The notes under the pieces were generated by a model, which saw only the letters and a program-made list of their open reading frames with translations, was not told the origin of the DNA and searched no databases. The position numbers were made by a program, and so were the translations under genes. A DNA stretch of 64,000 nucleotides from Euryarchaeota archaeon UBA256. GTDB taxonomy: Archaea > Thermoplasmatota > Poseidoniia > Poseidoniales > Poseidoniaceae. This document shows positions 19,793-28,252 of the stretch, piece by piece; position 1 is the stretch's first letter, and the number at the start of each line of letters is the position of its first letter. The DNA is taken from NCBI GenBank assembly GCA_002494645.1, contig DACE01000033.1, positions 79,024 through 143,023 on the forward strand, read 5' to 3'.

Positions 19793-21532
19793 ATGAGTGA
19801 TGACAATAAAGATACTGTAGCCATGGCAGAATGTGGTTCGTGTCGAACCGTAATACCGTTGGATTCAACAGAATGCCCAGAATGCCAAACCAAGTTTTCG
19901 GGGGTTTCTGAAGAAGCACTCGGAGAATGTGGGGCGTGCAATAAATTAGTGCCACTTGATTCAACCCGTTGCCCTGAATGTGGTGTCGTATTTGTCGCTG
20001 ATGACGTCGTCGATATACTTCGGAAGTGGGTCCACGATACGGGTATTCAAATTCGTAAATTATTTGAGAAATTTGATACGAATTCAGACGGTATGATCGA
20101 TTCATCAGAGTTGAAAGCAGGATTGCTCAGCCTCAACCTCGCAGATTTACCCCCCAGCCAAGTAGATCGTTTGGTTCAAGAAATAGATGCAGATGATAAC
20201 GGAGTCATTGACCTTGATGAATTTGAAACGATTCTTCACGGAGAACACATTGAGCATTCCAATGTAGATGGAAATCCCGGAGACGTCGAAGAAATAGAGG
20301 AAGAAGACCAGGTAGAATCGGATGATTCGGAAGATGTGGTCGAAGAGTCGTCCGAGGAATTTGAGGACGACCAGAGCGAATCTGAAGAAGAAGTTGAAAC
20401 TGTGGAAGAAGAATCAGGAACCTCTGAAGAACACGAAGATGACGATACTGAAGCAGAGATGGACGACGAGGATTTCGATATTGAGGATGAACAAGCAGGT
20501 GAGGTTCAGAGCCCACTCCACGCACTTGTAGCAATCATGGATGAGCATGATATTTCTGTTCAACGCATGTTCAATGACCTTGACAAAGACGGAAATCGAC
20601 ACGTATCGATGGATGAATTACGAACCGCTCTTACGACCGACTATGAAGATGTATTTGACGGAGAGGATATCGAGGCACTCATTGAGCAATTCGACACTGA
20701 CAATGATGGAATGATCGACATAACGGAATTCATTGGAGCCATAGAAGAAATGGATGAAATCGTTGAATCCATCATCGATAAACCATTCCCAAGTCCTATG
20801 CAAAAGCGTATGATGTCCAAGCGATGGAATGATATTGTGTGGCCAATTCTGCACACAGTATTTGGTATTGCCATTGCTGTTCTTCTTGTCAACGGCCTCG
20901 TAGGTCCTGTTGATGGAAGTGGAGGGGCCGTAATTTATGAGTCCAATGGAATTGTTCCAACTTTTGACATTTCTGAAGGCGACTCATATCCTTGTGATGT
21001 GAAATATCAGGAAGGTGGTTGTGACAATTCACTCACACCTCTTGCAGGCGATTCATCATCCATGCCAAAGGGATTCTATTGGGACGGTATTTTGTTTATT
21101 CTTTTGTCAATGGTTGGATTGATAACCTCGCTTTTCTTGCATTTGGTCAAAGCACCATCATGGCGTGCGCGTGCCAAGGCTATGAAGGAAGTCGAAGATG
21201 ACAGGGCTGATGCAGCTGATGGGGAACCAGCAGAGGATGAAGAGGATGCTGATTCCGATGACAGTAACGATGTTGTCGACGAACCCGTAGATGAGGAAGA
21301 TGAAGACTACGAAGATGAGGATTCTGAGGATTCAGAAGATGATGATGCTGAAGGCGGCGATGATGCGGACGATGAAATTGACATCGGGTCTCATGTAGGT
21401 CTTGTCTTTGATGATGAGGAAGTGTTTGGCACCATCTTAGAATTTGATGATGACGAAGGAACTGTCACCATTGAGGAAGATGGCAGTGGCGACCTCATTA
21501 CTGGATATCAAGAAGATATGTTCGTTGAGTGA
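19793..21532 (+). CDS. membrane protein with two zinc ribbons and four EF-hand calcium-binding loops
   Basis: Ribbons CGSCRTV..CPECQ and CGACNKL..CPECG. EF loops DTNSDGMIDSSE, DADDNGVIDLDE, DKDGNRHVSMDE and DTDNDGMIDITE. Long Asp/Glu tracts. Helices WPILHTVFGIAIAVLLVNGLVG and ILFILLSMVGLITSLFLHLV. Confidence 0.8.
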   Translation: MSDDNKDTVAMAECGSCRTVIPLDSTECPECQTKFSGVSEEALGECGACNKLVPLDSTRCPECGVVFVADDVVDILRKWVHDTGIQIRKLFEKFDTNSDGMIDSSELKAGLLSLNLADLPPSQVDRLVQEIDADDNGVIDLDEFETILHGEHIEHSNVDGNPGDVEEIEEEDQVESDDSEDVVEESSEEFEDDQSESEEEVETVEEESGTSEEHEDDDTEAEMDDEDFDIEDEQAGEVQSPLHALVAIMDEHDISVQRMFNDLDKDGNRHVSMDELRTALTTDYEDVFDGEDIEALIEQFDTDNDGMIDITEFIGAIEEMDEIVESIIDKPFPSPMQKRMMSKRWNDIVWPILHTVFGIAIAVLLVNGLVGPVDGSGGAVIYESNGIVPTFDISEGDSYPCDVKYQEGGCDNSLTPLAGDSSSMPKGFYWDGILFILLSMVGLITSLFLHLVKAPSWRARAKAMKEVEDDRADAADGEPAEDEEDADSDDSNDVVDEPVDEEDEDYEDEDSEDSEDDDAEGGDDADDEIDIGSHVGLVFDDEEVFGTILEFDDDEGTVTIEEDGSGDLITGYQEDMFVE

Positions 21533-21536
21533 GAGC

Positions 21537-21896
21537 ATGAATTCGGACCCTATCGAGGCATATTTTGGATTGACAACATGCCCCGTCTGCGGATGCTTGG
21601 ACCGTAAAGGGACATACAGGTGTCATGAATGTGGTACATTTCATGCAGGCTCAATAATGGAAGAACGTGAGCCTCCAGCAGAGGTGATCGTTGAAGAAAA
21701 AGAACCACTGGACCCCAGCATATATTCTCTGGGACCGGGGGCTGTTTTACCTGAAGAATCATTTGAAGAGTCAGAAGATGTCAAATCCTGGGAGGGAGGG
21801 TCTACCGACTTTTCATTCGATGATGACGATGAACCACCCATCAAGGTATCGAAACCTGCGCAAATACAGGTTGATGTCCTCCACGATGAAGATTAA
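21537..21896 (+). CDS. small zinc-ribbon protein with acidic tail
   Basis: ATG lies 5 nt after the upstream stop. CPVCGC..CHECG ribbon, then a Glu/Asp/Pro-rich tail. I discounted the upstream part of the track ORF because it overlaps the previous gene. Confidence 0.6.
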   Translation: MNSDPIEAYFGLTTCPVCGCLDRKGTYRCHECGTFHAGSIMEEREPPAEVIVEEKEPLDPSIYSLGPGAVLPEESFEESEDVKSWEGGSTDFSFDDDDEPPIKVSKPAQIQVDVLHDED

Positions 21897-21938
21897 CTAA
21901 AAGTTATTCAAAACTCAAATAATATTATCTTCCTTCAT

Positions 21939-21945
21939 AAAAAAA
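21939..21945 (-). terminator. oligo-T tract downstream of tRNA-Val
   Basis: T7 run on the minus strand about 19-25 nt past the tRNA 3' end. Oligo-T is the usual archaeal termination signal. Confidence 0.4.
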
Positions 21946-21963
21946 TCAAAGGATAATCAAGAG

Positions 21964-22037
21964 TGGGCTCGGAGAGAATCGAACTCTCGATCTTTGCCAT
22001 GTCAAGGCAACGTCATAAACCCCTAGACCACGAGCCC
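21964..22037 (-). tRNA. tRNA-Val (anticodon GAC), no intron, CCA not encoded
   Basis: Reverse complement folds as GGGCUCG / UUGCC-UUGACAU-GGCAA / AGAUC / GAGAG-UUCGAUU-CUCUC / CGAGCCC-A. It has a 7-bp acceptor stem, a 5-bp anticodon stem and a 5-bp T stem. Confidence 0.9.
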
Positions 22038-22061
22038 TAGGTATCCTTGCCACCGAAGGAT

Positions 22062-22070
22062 TGTATTAAA
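22062..22070 (-). promoter_or_regulatory. TATA-like box for tRNA-Val
   Basis: TTTAATACA on the minus strand, about 25 nt upstream of tRNA position 1. Confidence 0.35.
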
Positions 22071-22095
22071 CCAATTCGGTGCAGACCTGTACGAA

Positions 22096-22257
22096 TCAAC
22101 TGATGATTTTTGAGATCTTTCCGGTACATCCATCTTGGGAGCAAAAGCCAGCCATTCTCGTTCGTCCGTTTTTCATGACGATTTCTTTTCCGTCGCGAAT
22201 GGGGCCGTAGGTTTTACACTTGAGGCAATAGCCTTCGATTGCAGACATGATACTCAT
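22096..22257 (-). CDS. mini zinc-ribbon protein, DUF5679-like
   Basis: CLKC..C..DGC four-Cys pattern around IVMKNGRTRMAGFC. Track start 22326 is TTG; I used ATG (MSIMSAIEGY) at 22257. Confidence 0.55.
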   Translation of the reverse strand: MSIMSAIEGYCLKCKTYGPIRDGKEIVMKNGRTRMAGFCSQDGCTGKISKIIS

Positions 22258-22513
22258 CGTTCCCTGAAAGGTTGGTGATTTGAATACTTCCCTTTGAATA
22301 TCCAAAAAATTGCCAGTTTTACTCAAAAAGTAGGGGGTCGGAGGGTGAAAGATTAATTTCTTTGGGAGATTCAGAATACAGAATACTTCTAAACGGCAGA
22401 CTGCAAGGCAGATATGCTCAATATTCGTTCATCGCTTCTTACAATTTTCAGTTAAATGACGCATAACTCACATTATGCGACATCATGTGGGCGGGGGATG
22501 AGGTGGATCGCCC

Positions 22514-22831
22514 TCAATCCAGAATTTTAAACTCATTCTGTTCGATTTCAAAGATTCCGACAAGCGGTGGGCCCAAGAGGAGTGTCTCTATTCCGCCATC
22601 TTGAACATCAAGCGATTTCTTGATTTCGTTTGAAATCCTCTTCCACGCCTCAGGTGTAGTAAATGCGGACTGAACGAGCAACATGGTGTCATCTTCAGCT
22701 CCTTGTCCTATCCAAGCACCAAGACAGCCATCTTGACGTCGTTTATATTCCAGGCGCGCCTTGATCATTCGTCGTAATCGAGCCGAACTTCCTTTCTTTC
22801 CGGAACATACGATTGTTTCCATCCAAACCAT
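22514..22831 (-). CDS. small hypothetical protein (weak ABM/Dabb-like impression)
   Basis: 105 aa with an alpha+beta pattern. ATG 22831 has GGTGA 5 nt upstream. No firm motif. Confidence 0.4.
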   Translation of the reverse strand: MVWMETIVCSGKKGSSARLRRMIKARLEYKRRQDGCLGAWIGQGAEDDTMLLVQSAFTTPEAWKRISNEIKKSLDVQDGGIETLLLGPPLVGIFEIEQNEFKILD

Positions 22832-22900
22832 GATTATCACCTATTTGATGTTTGATTCATATTTAATTTAGTTTATGCTCGTAGTATAGTTAATTGATAA

Positions 22901-24148
22901 TCAGTGGGCGATGAAGGAGCCATTGAGCACGGTAGCTGAAAATGGAGAGTGGCTTGGTTTCAAACAAAAGGACTCCCAGTGCGGACTATCAAGAATATTC
23001 AAATTTGCGAGACCACCTTCTTTGATAATCCCGTGTTCGCCATTGGGGTGTGGTGTACTCTGAGCCGCTGTCACCGTCATTGCAGCTAATACTTCGAGAG
23101 GTTGTACTTTACAGCGTTGCACCATCAACGATGCGATAAAAGGAAGGCTGAGAGTTTGGCAGTTTGGATTGAAGTCTGTCGCCAATGTGTAGGGGATGTT
23201 ATGAGTATGTATTTGATCCATATTTGGCCACGTATCGCCCATCGCGTAGGGAGTTCCCGGCAAAAAGCCAGTCAAAACACCTGCATCCTTCATGTTGAGC
23301 CGTTCGTCAAGCGGCGTATGATAGGCATGGTCGGCGGTTTGGACTTTTAGTTCCGCTGCAAGAGCCCCACCTCCTGAACTCTCAAATTCATCGATGTGCA
23401 TACGCAATTCAAGGCCAGAGCTTCTCGAAGCACGAAGTATGTCTTCACTATTCTCAAGACTGAACCATCCTGGTTCACAGAACACGTCGGCTGAGCGAGC
23501 TATGCCTTGCTCCACAATAGCGGGTAATTGTTCACCCATGAGGGCGTCCATGTAATCTCCGTGATTCATACCATGCGGCACATCATGAGCTCCCATCCAG
23601 GTCGGGTCAAGTGACGGTAGATCTCCATCTGAACCAAGGCGAGAAATGACGTCTAACAGTTTCAACTCGGTTTCAGTGTCAAGCCCGTATCCACTTTTGA
23701 CTTCCATGTGAGTTGTCCCAGACCTCAATGCTTCTCGGAGACGAATGTAACCCTCCTGATGGAGATGTTCAGTGGATGCTTGCCGTGTACTGTTGACGGT
23801 TGATTGTATGCCTCCACCCATTGCACCGATATCTCGGTATGATTTTCCTTCGAGCCTCCAACGAACTTCCTGTGACCGATCGCCCGACCATAAAAGATGG
23901 CTGTGTGCATCAATAAGCCCAGGTATGATGGCTCGCCCGTTGAGGTCGATGATGCGGTGGCCAGATTGGGTTCCATATTCTGATTCAAGTTCCGATGATT
24001 CTCCAATTTTAATTATTCTGTCCTTTTCTATAATAATTCCCTTTCCAATCGGAGATACAGTATTTTCATAATTTGGAGGTGAGAGGGCGTCCGCTGAAGA
24101 AAAATGAACCATGGGTCCGCAATTGAGTAAGAGGGTCCGCACAAACAT
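22901..24148 (-). CDS. hutI: imidazolonepropionase
   Basis: Amidohydrolase HxH (LIDAHSHLLW), plus GGGIQSTV, EVKSGYGL, MHIDEF and ADHAYH. Confidence 0.9.
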   Translation of the reverse strand: MFVRTLLLNCGPMVHFSSADALSPPNYENTVSPIGKGIIIEKDRIIKIGESSELESEYGTQSGHRIIDLNGRAIIPGLIDAHSHLLWSGDRSQEVRWRLEGKSYRDIGAMGGGIQSTVNSTRQASTEHLHQEGYIRLREALRSGTTHMEVKSGYGLDTETELKLLDVISRLGSDGDLPSLDPTWMGAHDVPHGMNHGDYMDALMGEQLPAIVEQGIARSADVFCEPGWFSLENSEDILRASRSSGLELRMHIDEFESSGGGALAAELKVQTADHAYHTPLDERLNMKDAGVLTGFLPGTPYAMGDTWPNMDQIHTHNIPYTLATDFNPNCQTLSLPFIASLMVQRCKVQPLEVLAAMTVTAAQSTPHPNGEHGIIKEGGLANLNILDSPHWESFCLKPSHSPFSATVLNGSFIAH

Positions 24149-24193
24149 CTCTTAACGAAGAGGGTTGAAGAACAATGGCTTTCTCGGAATACT

Positions 24194-25201
24194 ATGGGAA
24201 CATGGACTCTCGGCATTGAAACAACGGCCCACACGCTCTCGTTCGGACTTGTGGACTCCGAGGGGATGCCATATCCTGCCGCATCGGACACGCTACGTCC
24301 AGATCAAGGTGGCATCCACCCTCGAGAAGCCGCAGATCACCACAAAGATGTGGCATCATCATTGTTCAAAAAAGTGATGGAAATGCATTCAATTACACCA
24401 TCGAATATTGGTGCAGTAGCCTATTCTCAAGGTCCTGGACTCGGCCCGTGTCTCCGTGTAGGTGCAGCAATTGCGCGTGGCTTGGCAACAAAGATGGATG
24501 TGCCACTTATCGGCGTCAATCATTGCGTTGCGCACATTGAAATCGGACGCCAACAATGTGGTTGTGATGACCCCGTTCTCCTTTATGTGTCGGGGGGAAA
24601 TACGCAAGTTATTGCTCGCCTCAACGGAAGGTATCGCGTGTTGGGTGAAACACTGGACATTGGCATCGGAAATATGCTTGATAAATTTGCACGCAACCAA
24701 GGAATCCCTTTTCCAGGCGGCCCTAAGATAGAACAATTGGCAGCAGAATATCTTGAACAAAACCCCTCGCCGACGATGGAAGGGCTGCAACTGCCCTATG
24801 CCGTTCGAGGGATGGACCTCGCGTTTTCAGGCTTACTGACGGCTGCACAACGATTAATCGATAACGGCGCCCCTCTCAACGCAGTATGTTGGTCACTTCA
24901 AGAGCATGCATTTGCTTCCTGTGTTGAAGTTGCAGAACGTGCAATGGCTCACACAGGCAAATCAGAACTTCTCCTCGGAGGAGGCGTGGCATGTAATAAT
25001 CGCATGAGAGAGATGTGCAGCCTCATGGCCTCTGACCGGGAAGGCACTTCCCATGCACCACCTCGTATGTATTGTATCGACAATGGTACCATGATTGGCC
25101 TGCTCGGATGGTTGGAGTTGCAAAAGAGAACCACGCCACTAGAAGAGAGCGCTATTGACCAATACCTGCGAACCGACCAAACACCTATTGTTTGGTCTTG
25201 A
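24194..25201 (+). CDS. kae1: Kae1, tRNA N6-adenosine threonylcarbamoyltransferase (not fused to Bud32)
   Basis: GIETTAHTLSFG, VNHCVAHIEIG and GGGVACNNRM. Confidence 0.95.
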   Translation: MGTWTLGIETTAHTLSFGLVDSEGMPYPAASDTLRPDQGGIHPREAADHHKDVASSLFKKVMEMHSITPSNIGAVAYSQGPGLGPCLRVGAAIARGLATKMDVPLIGVNHCVAHIEIGRQQCGCDDPVLLYVSGGNTQVIARLNGRYRVLGETLDIGIGNMLDKFARNQGIPFPGGPKIEQLAAEYLEQNPSPTMEGLQLPYAVRGMDLAFSGLLTAAQRLIDNGAPLNAVCWSLQEHAFASCVEVAERAMAHTGKSELLLGGGVACNNRMREMCSLMASDREGTSHAPPRMYCIDNGTMIGLLGWLELQKRTTPLEESAIDQYLRTDQTPIVWS

Positions 25202-25392
25202 GGCGAATCAATCCCATACGGTTTTAATGGGTGGGCTGACACACTCCGATGGGGGAATAGCCAATCGAACGACGTCGCGGCCGTAAAGAAGAGTTCAATC
25301 CCTTCGCCAAAGATGCATCGCAACAGGCACGACGTCGTCGTGATGAGCGCGAGCGTCAAAACGCCCGACGACCAACTCCAGTCCCCGAAGTT

Positions 25393-26106
25393 GTGGAAGA
25401 AAAGCCCAACATCAAAGCTGACCTTGAACGAAAGCAGCGGGAAGCAAAAGAAAAACTCATCCAAAAAGGTGATGTGGTGGCCCCAGAGATCCAACCAGCA
25501 GCCCTCCCTAAACAACCTGTCCGCGTTGATAAAAGTGCAAAACCAGTCAATCAAAGTCGGGAAGATCGTTTAGCTGAATTACGCAGAAAATCCGAAGCCC
25601 TCAAGAAAGCAGCACCGTCCGCACAATCGGCCGAACTTACCCCCGTGGAGGCTGTCGAACAAGCCGTAGAATCTCTCGAAATTGAAGATTCAGAACATGA
25701 GGCGTTGATGGAAAGCACACTCTCTCCCATAGTACCTGACGATGCCCCCATTAAGGTGAAGAATATTTTCAAACAAATTGAAACAAAGGTTGTCAAGCCC
25801 GACAACCGACGCCGAGGAAGACGACGGTTTGACAAGAAAGGAGGGGGCCGTCAGAAGCAAGAAAAGCGGCTCAACCGTCAAAAATACCTTGAATACAAAT
25901 ATGCGGCAAGGGATATTCTTGATAATCCAGAAGTTCCAGAGGAGCATCGATCAAACGTTTTGGGTCAAATATGGGCCAAAGGCGAACGTGTCAGTATTGA
26001 AGAATCACTGACATTCATAGAACAAAAAGAAGCAGAACTCGTGCTACCTTCTACGGTAGCCGATTCGCTTCGAGACCTCGTCAAAAGAATGACAACAAGG
26101 AGATGA
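25393..26106 (+). CDS. highly charged Lys/Arg/Glu-rich hypothetical protein
   Basis: Basic patch RRRGRRRFDKKGGGRQKQEKR and a helical C-terminal domain. GTG is the only canonical start in frame. The stop overlaps the next gene's ATG. Confidence 0.55.
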   Translation: MEEKPNIKADLERKQREAKEKLIQKGDVVAPEIQPAALPKQPVRVDKSAKPVNQSREDRLAELRRKSEALKKAAPSAQSAELTPVEAVEQAVESLEIEDSEHEALMESTLSPIVPDDAPIKVKNIFKQIETKVVKPDNRRRGRRRFDKKGGGRQKQEKRLNRQKYLEYKYAARDILDNPEVPEEHRSNVLGQIWAKGERVSIEESLTFIEQKEAELVLPSTVADSLRDLVKRMTTRR

Positions 26107-26615
26107 ATATAATGACGGATATTACCATAGAAGAAAACACAGTTGCAAGCGTCCACTATACAGGTACATTGCCTGATTCCGGGGAAGTTTTTGATTCAAG
26201 TGAAGGCCGAGACCCGCTGACGTTCCTTGTCGGTCACAAACAGATGATTCCTGGTTTTGAAGAAGAAATGATGGGTGCTAAAGTAGGAGAACGTCGCGAG
26301 TTTACATTGACCTCCGACCGCGCTTACGGTGGCCGTGATGATGATGCGGTTTTGCAAATTCCCCGCGATAATTTTGCTCAGCTCGAAGGAGAGACGCCAT
26401 TGGAAGTTGGTATGCAACTCGTTGCACAGATGCCTCATGGGCCCTCGCCCTTCACTGTCACTGAATTGACAGATGATACTGTCACTGCAGATTTCAACCA
26501 CGCACTTGCAGGCCAATCACTCACATTCTCGGTTGAAGTAGTTGAGCTCCGAGCTGCATCAGAAGAAGAACTCGCCCACGGTCATGCACATGGTCCAGGC
26601 GGCCACCACCACTGA
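26103..26615 (+). CDS. FKBP-type peptidyl-prolyl isomerase, SlyD-like with His-rich tail
   Basis: VHYTGTLPDSGEVFDSS..LTFLVGHKQMIPGFEEEMMGAKVGE, an insert-in-flap segment, and the tail HGHAHGPGGHHH. Confidence 0.9.
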   Translation: MNIMTDITIEENTVASVHYTGTLPDSGEVFDSSEGRDPLTFLVGHKQMIPGFEEEMMGAKVGERREFTLTSDRAYGGRDDDAVLQIPRDNFAQLEGETPLEVGMQLVAQMPHGPSPFTVTELTDDTVTADFNHALAGQSLTFSVEVVELRAASEEELAHGHAHGPGGHHH

Positions 26616-26659
26616 GACGAAAGCGAGTCTTGATGAAGTGCCTTTGCTTGTGAGTAAGC

Positions 26660-28243
26660 ATGGGCGACCTACGAAAGGATACTTGGGAATCCTTGAGTGG
26701 CTTGACGCTTCCATTAACCGGCCGTATTCCATCAGAACCTACCTCCATTTCTGACGCAGGTTCACCACCCTACACCAGAGGAATACACGAAACGATGTAT
26801 CGTTCGCGATTGTGGACCATGCGCCAGTATGCTGGGTTTTCAAGTGCAAAGGAAACCAATGAACGATTCAAACTCCTCCTAGAGCGGGGTCAAATGGGCC
26901 TCTCAGTGGCTTTTGACTTACCAACTCAACTCGGGATGGATGCGGATGATGAACTCTCTTTTGGTGAGGTCGGGAAAGTAGGCGTATCTATTTCATCGGT
27001 TGAAGATATGAAAGAACTTTACGATGGGATTCCACTAGATCGAGTCAGTAGTTCTATGACAATCAATTCACCTGCTATGATCGTGTTAGCAATGTACATC
27101 GTAGCTGCAGAAGAACAGGGCGTCAGCATGGATCAACTTAGAGGTACCATTCAAAATGATATACTCAAAGAGTACATTGCTCGAGGAACCTATGTTTTTC
27201 CACCCAAGCCGAGCATGCGATTGATTACTGATATTTTCGAATATTGTTCACAACATGTCCCTCGATGGAATACAATTTCAATCTCAGGCTACCATATCAG
27301 GGAAGCAGGTTCGACTGCCGTTCAGGAATTAGCATTCACGCTGTCAAATGCTATTGCCTACGTAGATGCTGCAATTGAATCTGGTTTGGAAGTCGATGAT
27401 TTTGCACCTCGCCTATCCTTCTTCTTCAATTGTCACAATGATTTCTTTGAGGAGATTGCAAAGTTCCGAGCCGCCCGAACCCTATGGTATGATTTGGTTC
27501 AGAAACGATACAAACCAACGAATCCAAAATCATCCATGTTGAGATTTCACACACAAGTTGCTGGTGTCAGCCTAACTGCCCAACAACCCCTCAACAATAT
27601 CTCTAGAGTAACCATACAAGCACTCGCTGCCGTGATTGGCGGAACCCAAAGCCTCCACACAAACTCATATGACGAGGCTTTAGGTTTGCCCACAGAGGCA
27701 TCGGCAACGGTAGCATTGCGGACCCAACAAATCATTGCTGAGGAATCAGGCGCTGCAGATGTGGTTGACCCGATTGGCGGGTCATATTATGTTGAAGAAT
27801 TGACGAAAGAAATATACAGCCGAGCGCTGCATGAGATTGAAGCTATTGAACGCAAAGGTGGTGCCATGGCTGCGATAGAACAAGGGTGGCAACAACAAGA
27901 AATTCATCAATCGGCCTATCGTTATATGAATGAAATTGAGCAAAAACAACGTAACATAGTAGGCGTAAATCACGGTGTTATGGACGAATTACAAGAAATC
28001 CCAGTGATGCAGATCAATCCCAAAATAGGAGATGAACAAGCAGCCAAGTTGAAAACACTCCGGGCAAATCGTAATCAAGAACTCGCTGAATCATGCCTAC
28101 AGAAGATTCGAAATGGTATTGTTGACGATGATAACCTCTTCCCTCATGTCATTGAAGCTGTGCGCGCTCGGTGTACACTGGGCGAGATTATGAACGTCAT
28201 GAAAGATGATTTTGGAACCTACATGGCTCCGAGTGGATTTTAG
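26660..28243 (+). CDS. methylmalonyl-CoA mutase, large (catalytic TIM-barrel) subunit
   Basis: PPYTRGIHETMYRSRLWTMRQYAGFSSAKETNERFK and SVAFDLPTQLGMD. This ORF has no B12-binding domain. Confidence 0.93.
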   Translation: MGDLRKDTWESLSGLTLPLTGRIPSEPTSISDAGSPPYTRGIHETMYRSRLWTMRQYAGFSSAKETNERFKLLLERGQMGLSVAFDLPTQLGMDADDELSFGEVGKVGVSISSVEDMKELYDGIPLDRVSSSMTINSPAMIVLAMYIVAAEEQGVSMDQLRGTIQNDILKEYIARGTYVFPPKPSMRLITDIFEYCSQHVPRWNTISISGYHIREAGSTAVQELAFTLSNAIAYVDAAIESGLEVDDFAPRLSFFFNCHNDFFEEIAKFRAARTLWYDLVQKRYKPTNPKSSMLRFHTQVAGVSLTAQQPLNNISRVTIQALAAVIGGTQSLHTNSYDEALGLPTEASATVALRTQQIIAEESGAADVVDPIGGSYYVEELTKEIYSRALHEIEAIERKGGAMAAIEQGWQQQEIHQSAYRYMNEIEQKQRNIVGVNHGVMDELQEIPVMQINPKIGDEQAAKLKTLRANRNQELAESCLQKIRNGIVDDDNLFPHVIEAVRARCTLGEIMNVMKDDFGTYMAPSGF

Positions 28244-28252
28244 GTGATTCGA

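Noticed and set aside
22400-22500. C/D-box sRNA (AUGAUGU ... CUGA ... GAUGA ... CUGA on the minus strand)
   Set aside because: The box spacing is wrong: 28 nt lie between the putative C and D' boxes, versus about 12 nt in archaeal sRNAs. The C and C' boxes are also imperfect.
21897-22900. Possible integrated element next to tRNA-Val
   Set aside because: The flanking genes are small housekeeping-type ORFs and hutI. There is no integrase and no visible duplication of the tRNA 3' half to act as an att site.
24949-25554. 201-aa minus-strand ORF spanning the kae1 3' end and the next gene
   Set aside because: It is antisense to two better-supported genes and has no recognisable motif. I rejected the long antisense ORFs at 18165-18686, 50541-50942, 51122-51418 and 37831-38274 on the same reasoning.
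25202-25573. Frame 2 stays open for 124 codons after the kae1 stop (possible read-through extension of Kae1)
   Set aside because: The Ser/Lys/Asn-rich low-complexity translation is the expected off-frame shadow of the purine-rich charged gene in frame 1. Kae1 is already full length.
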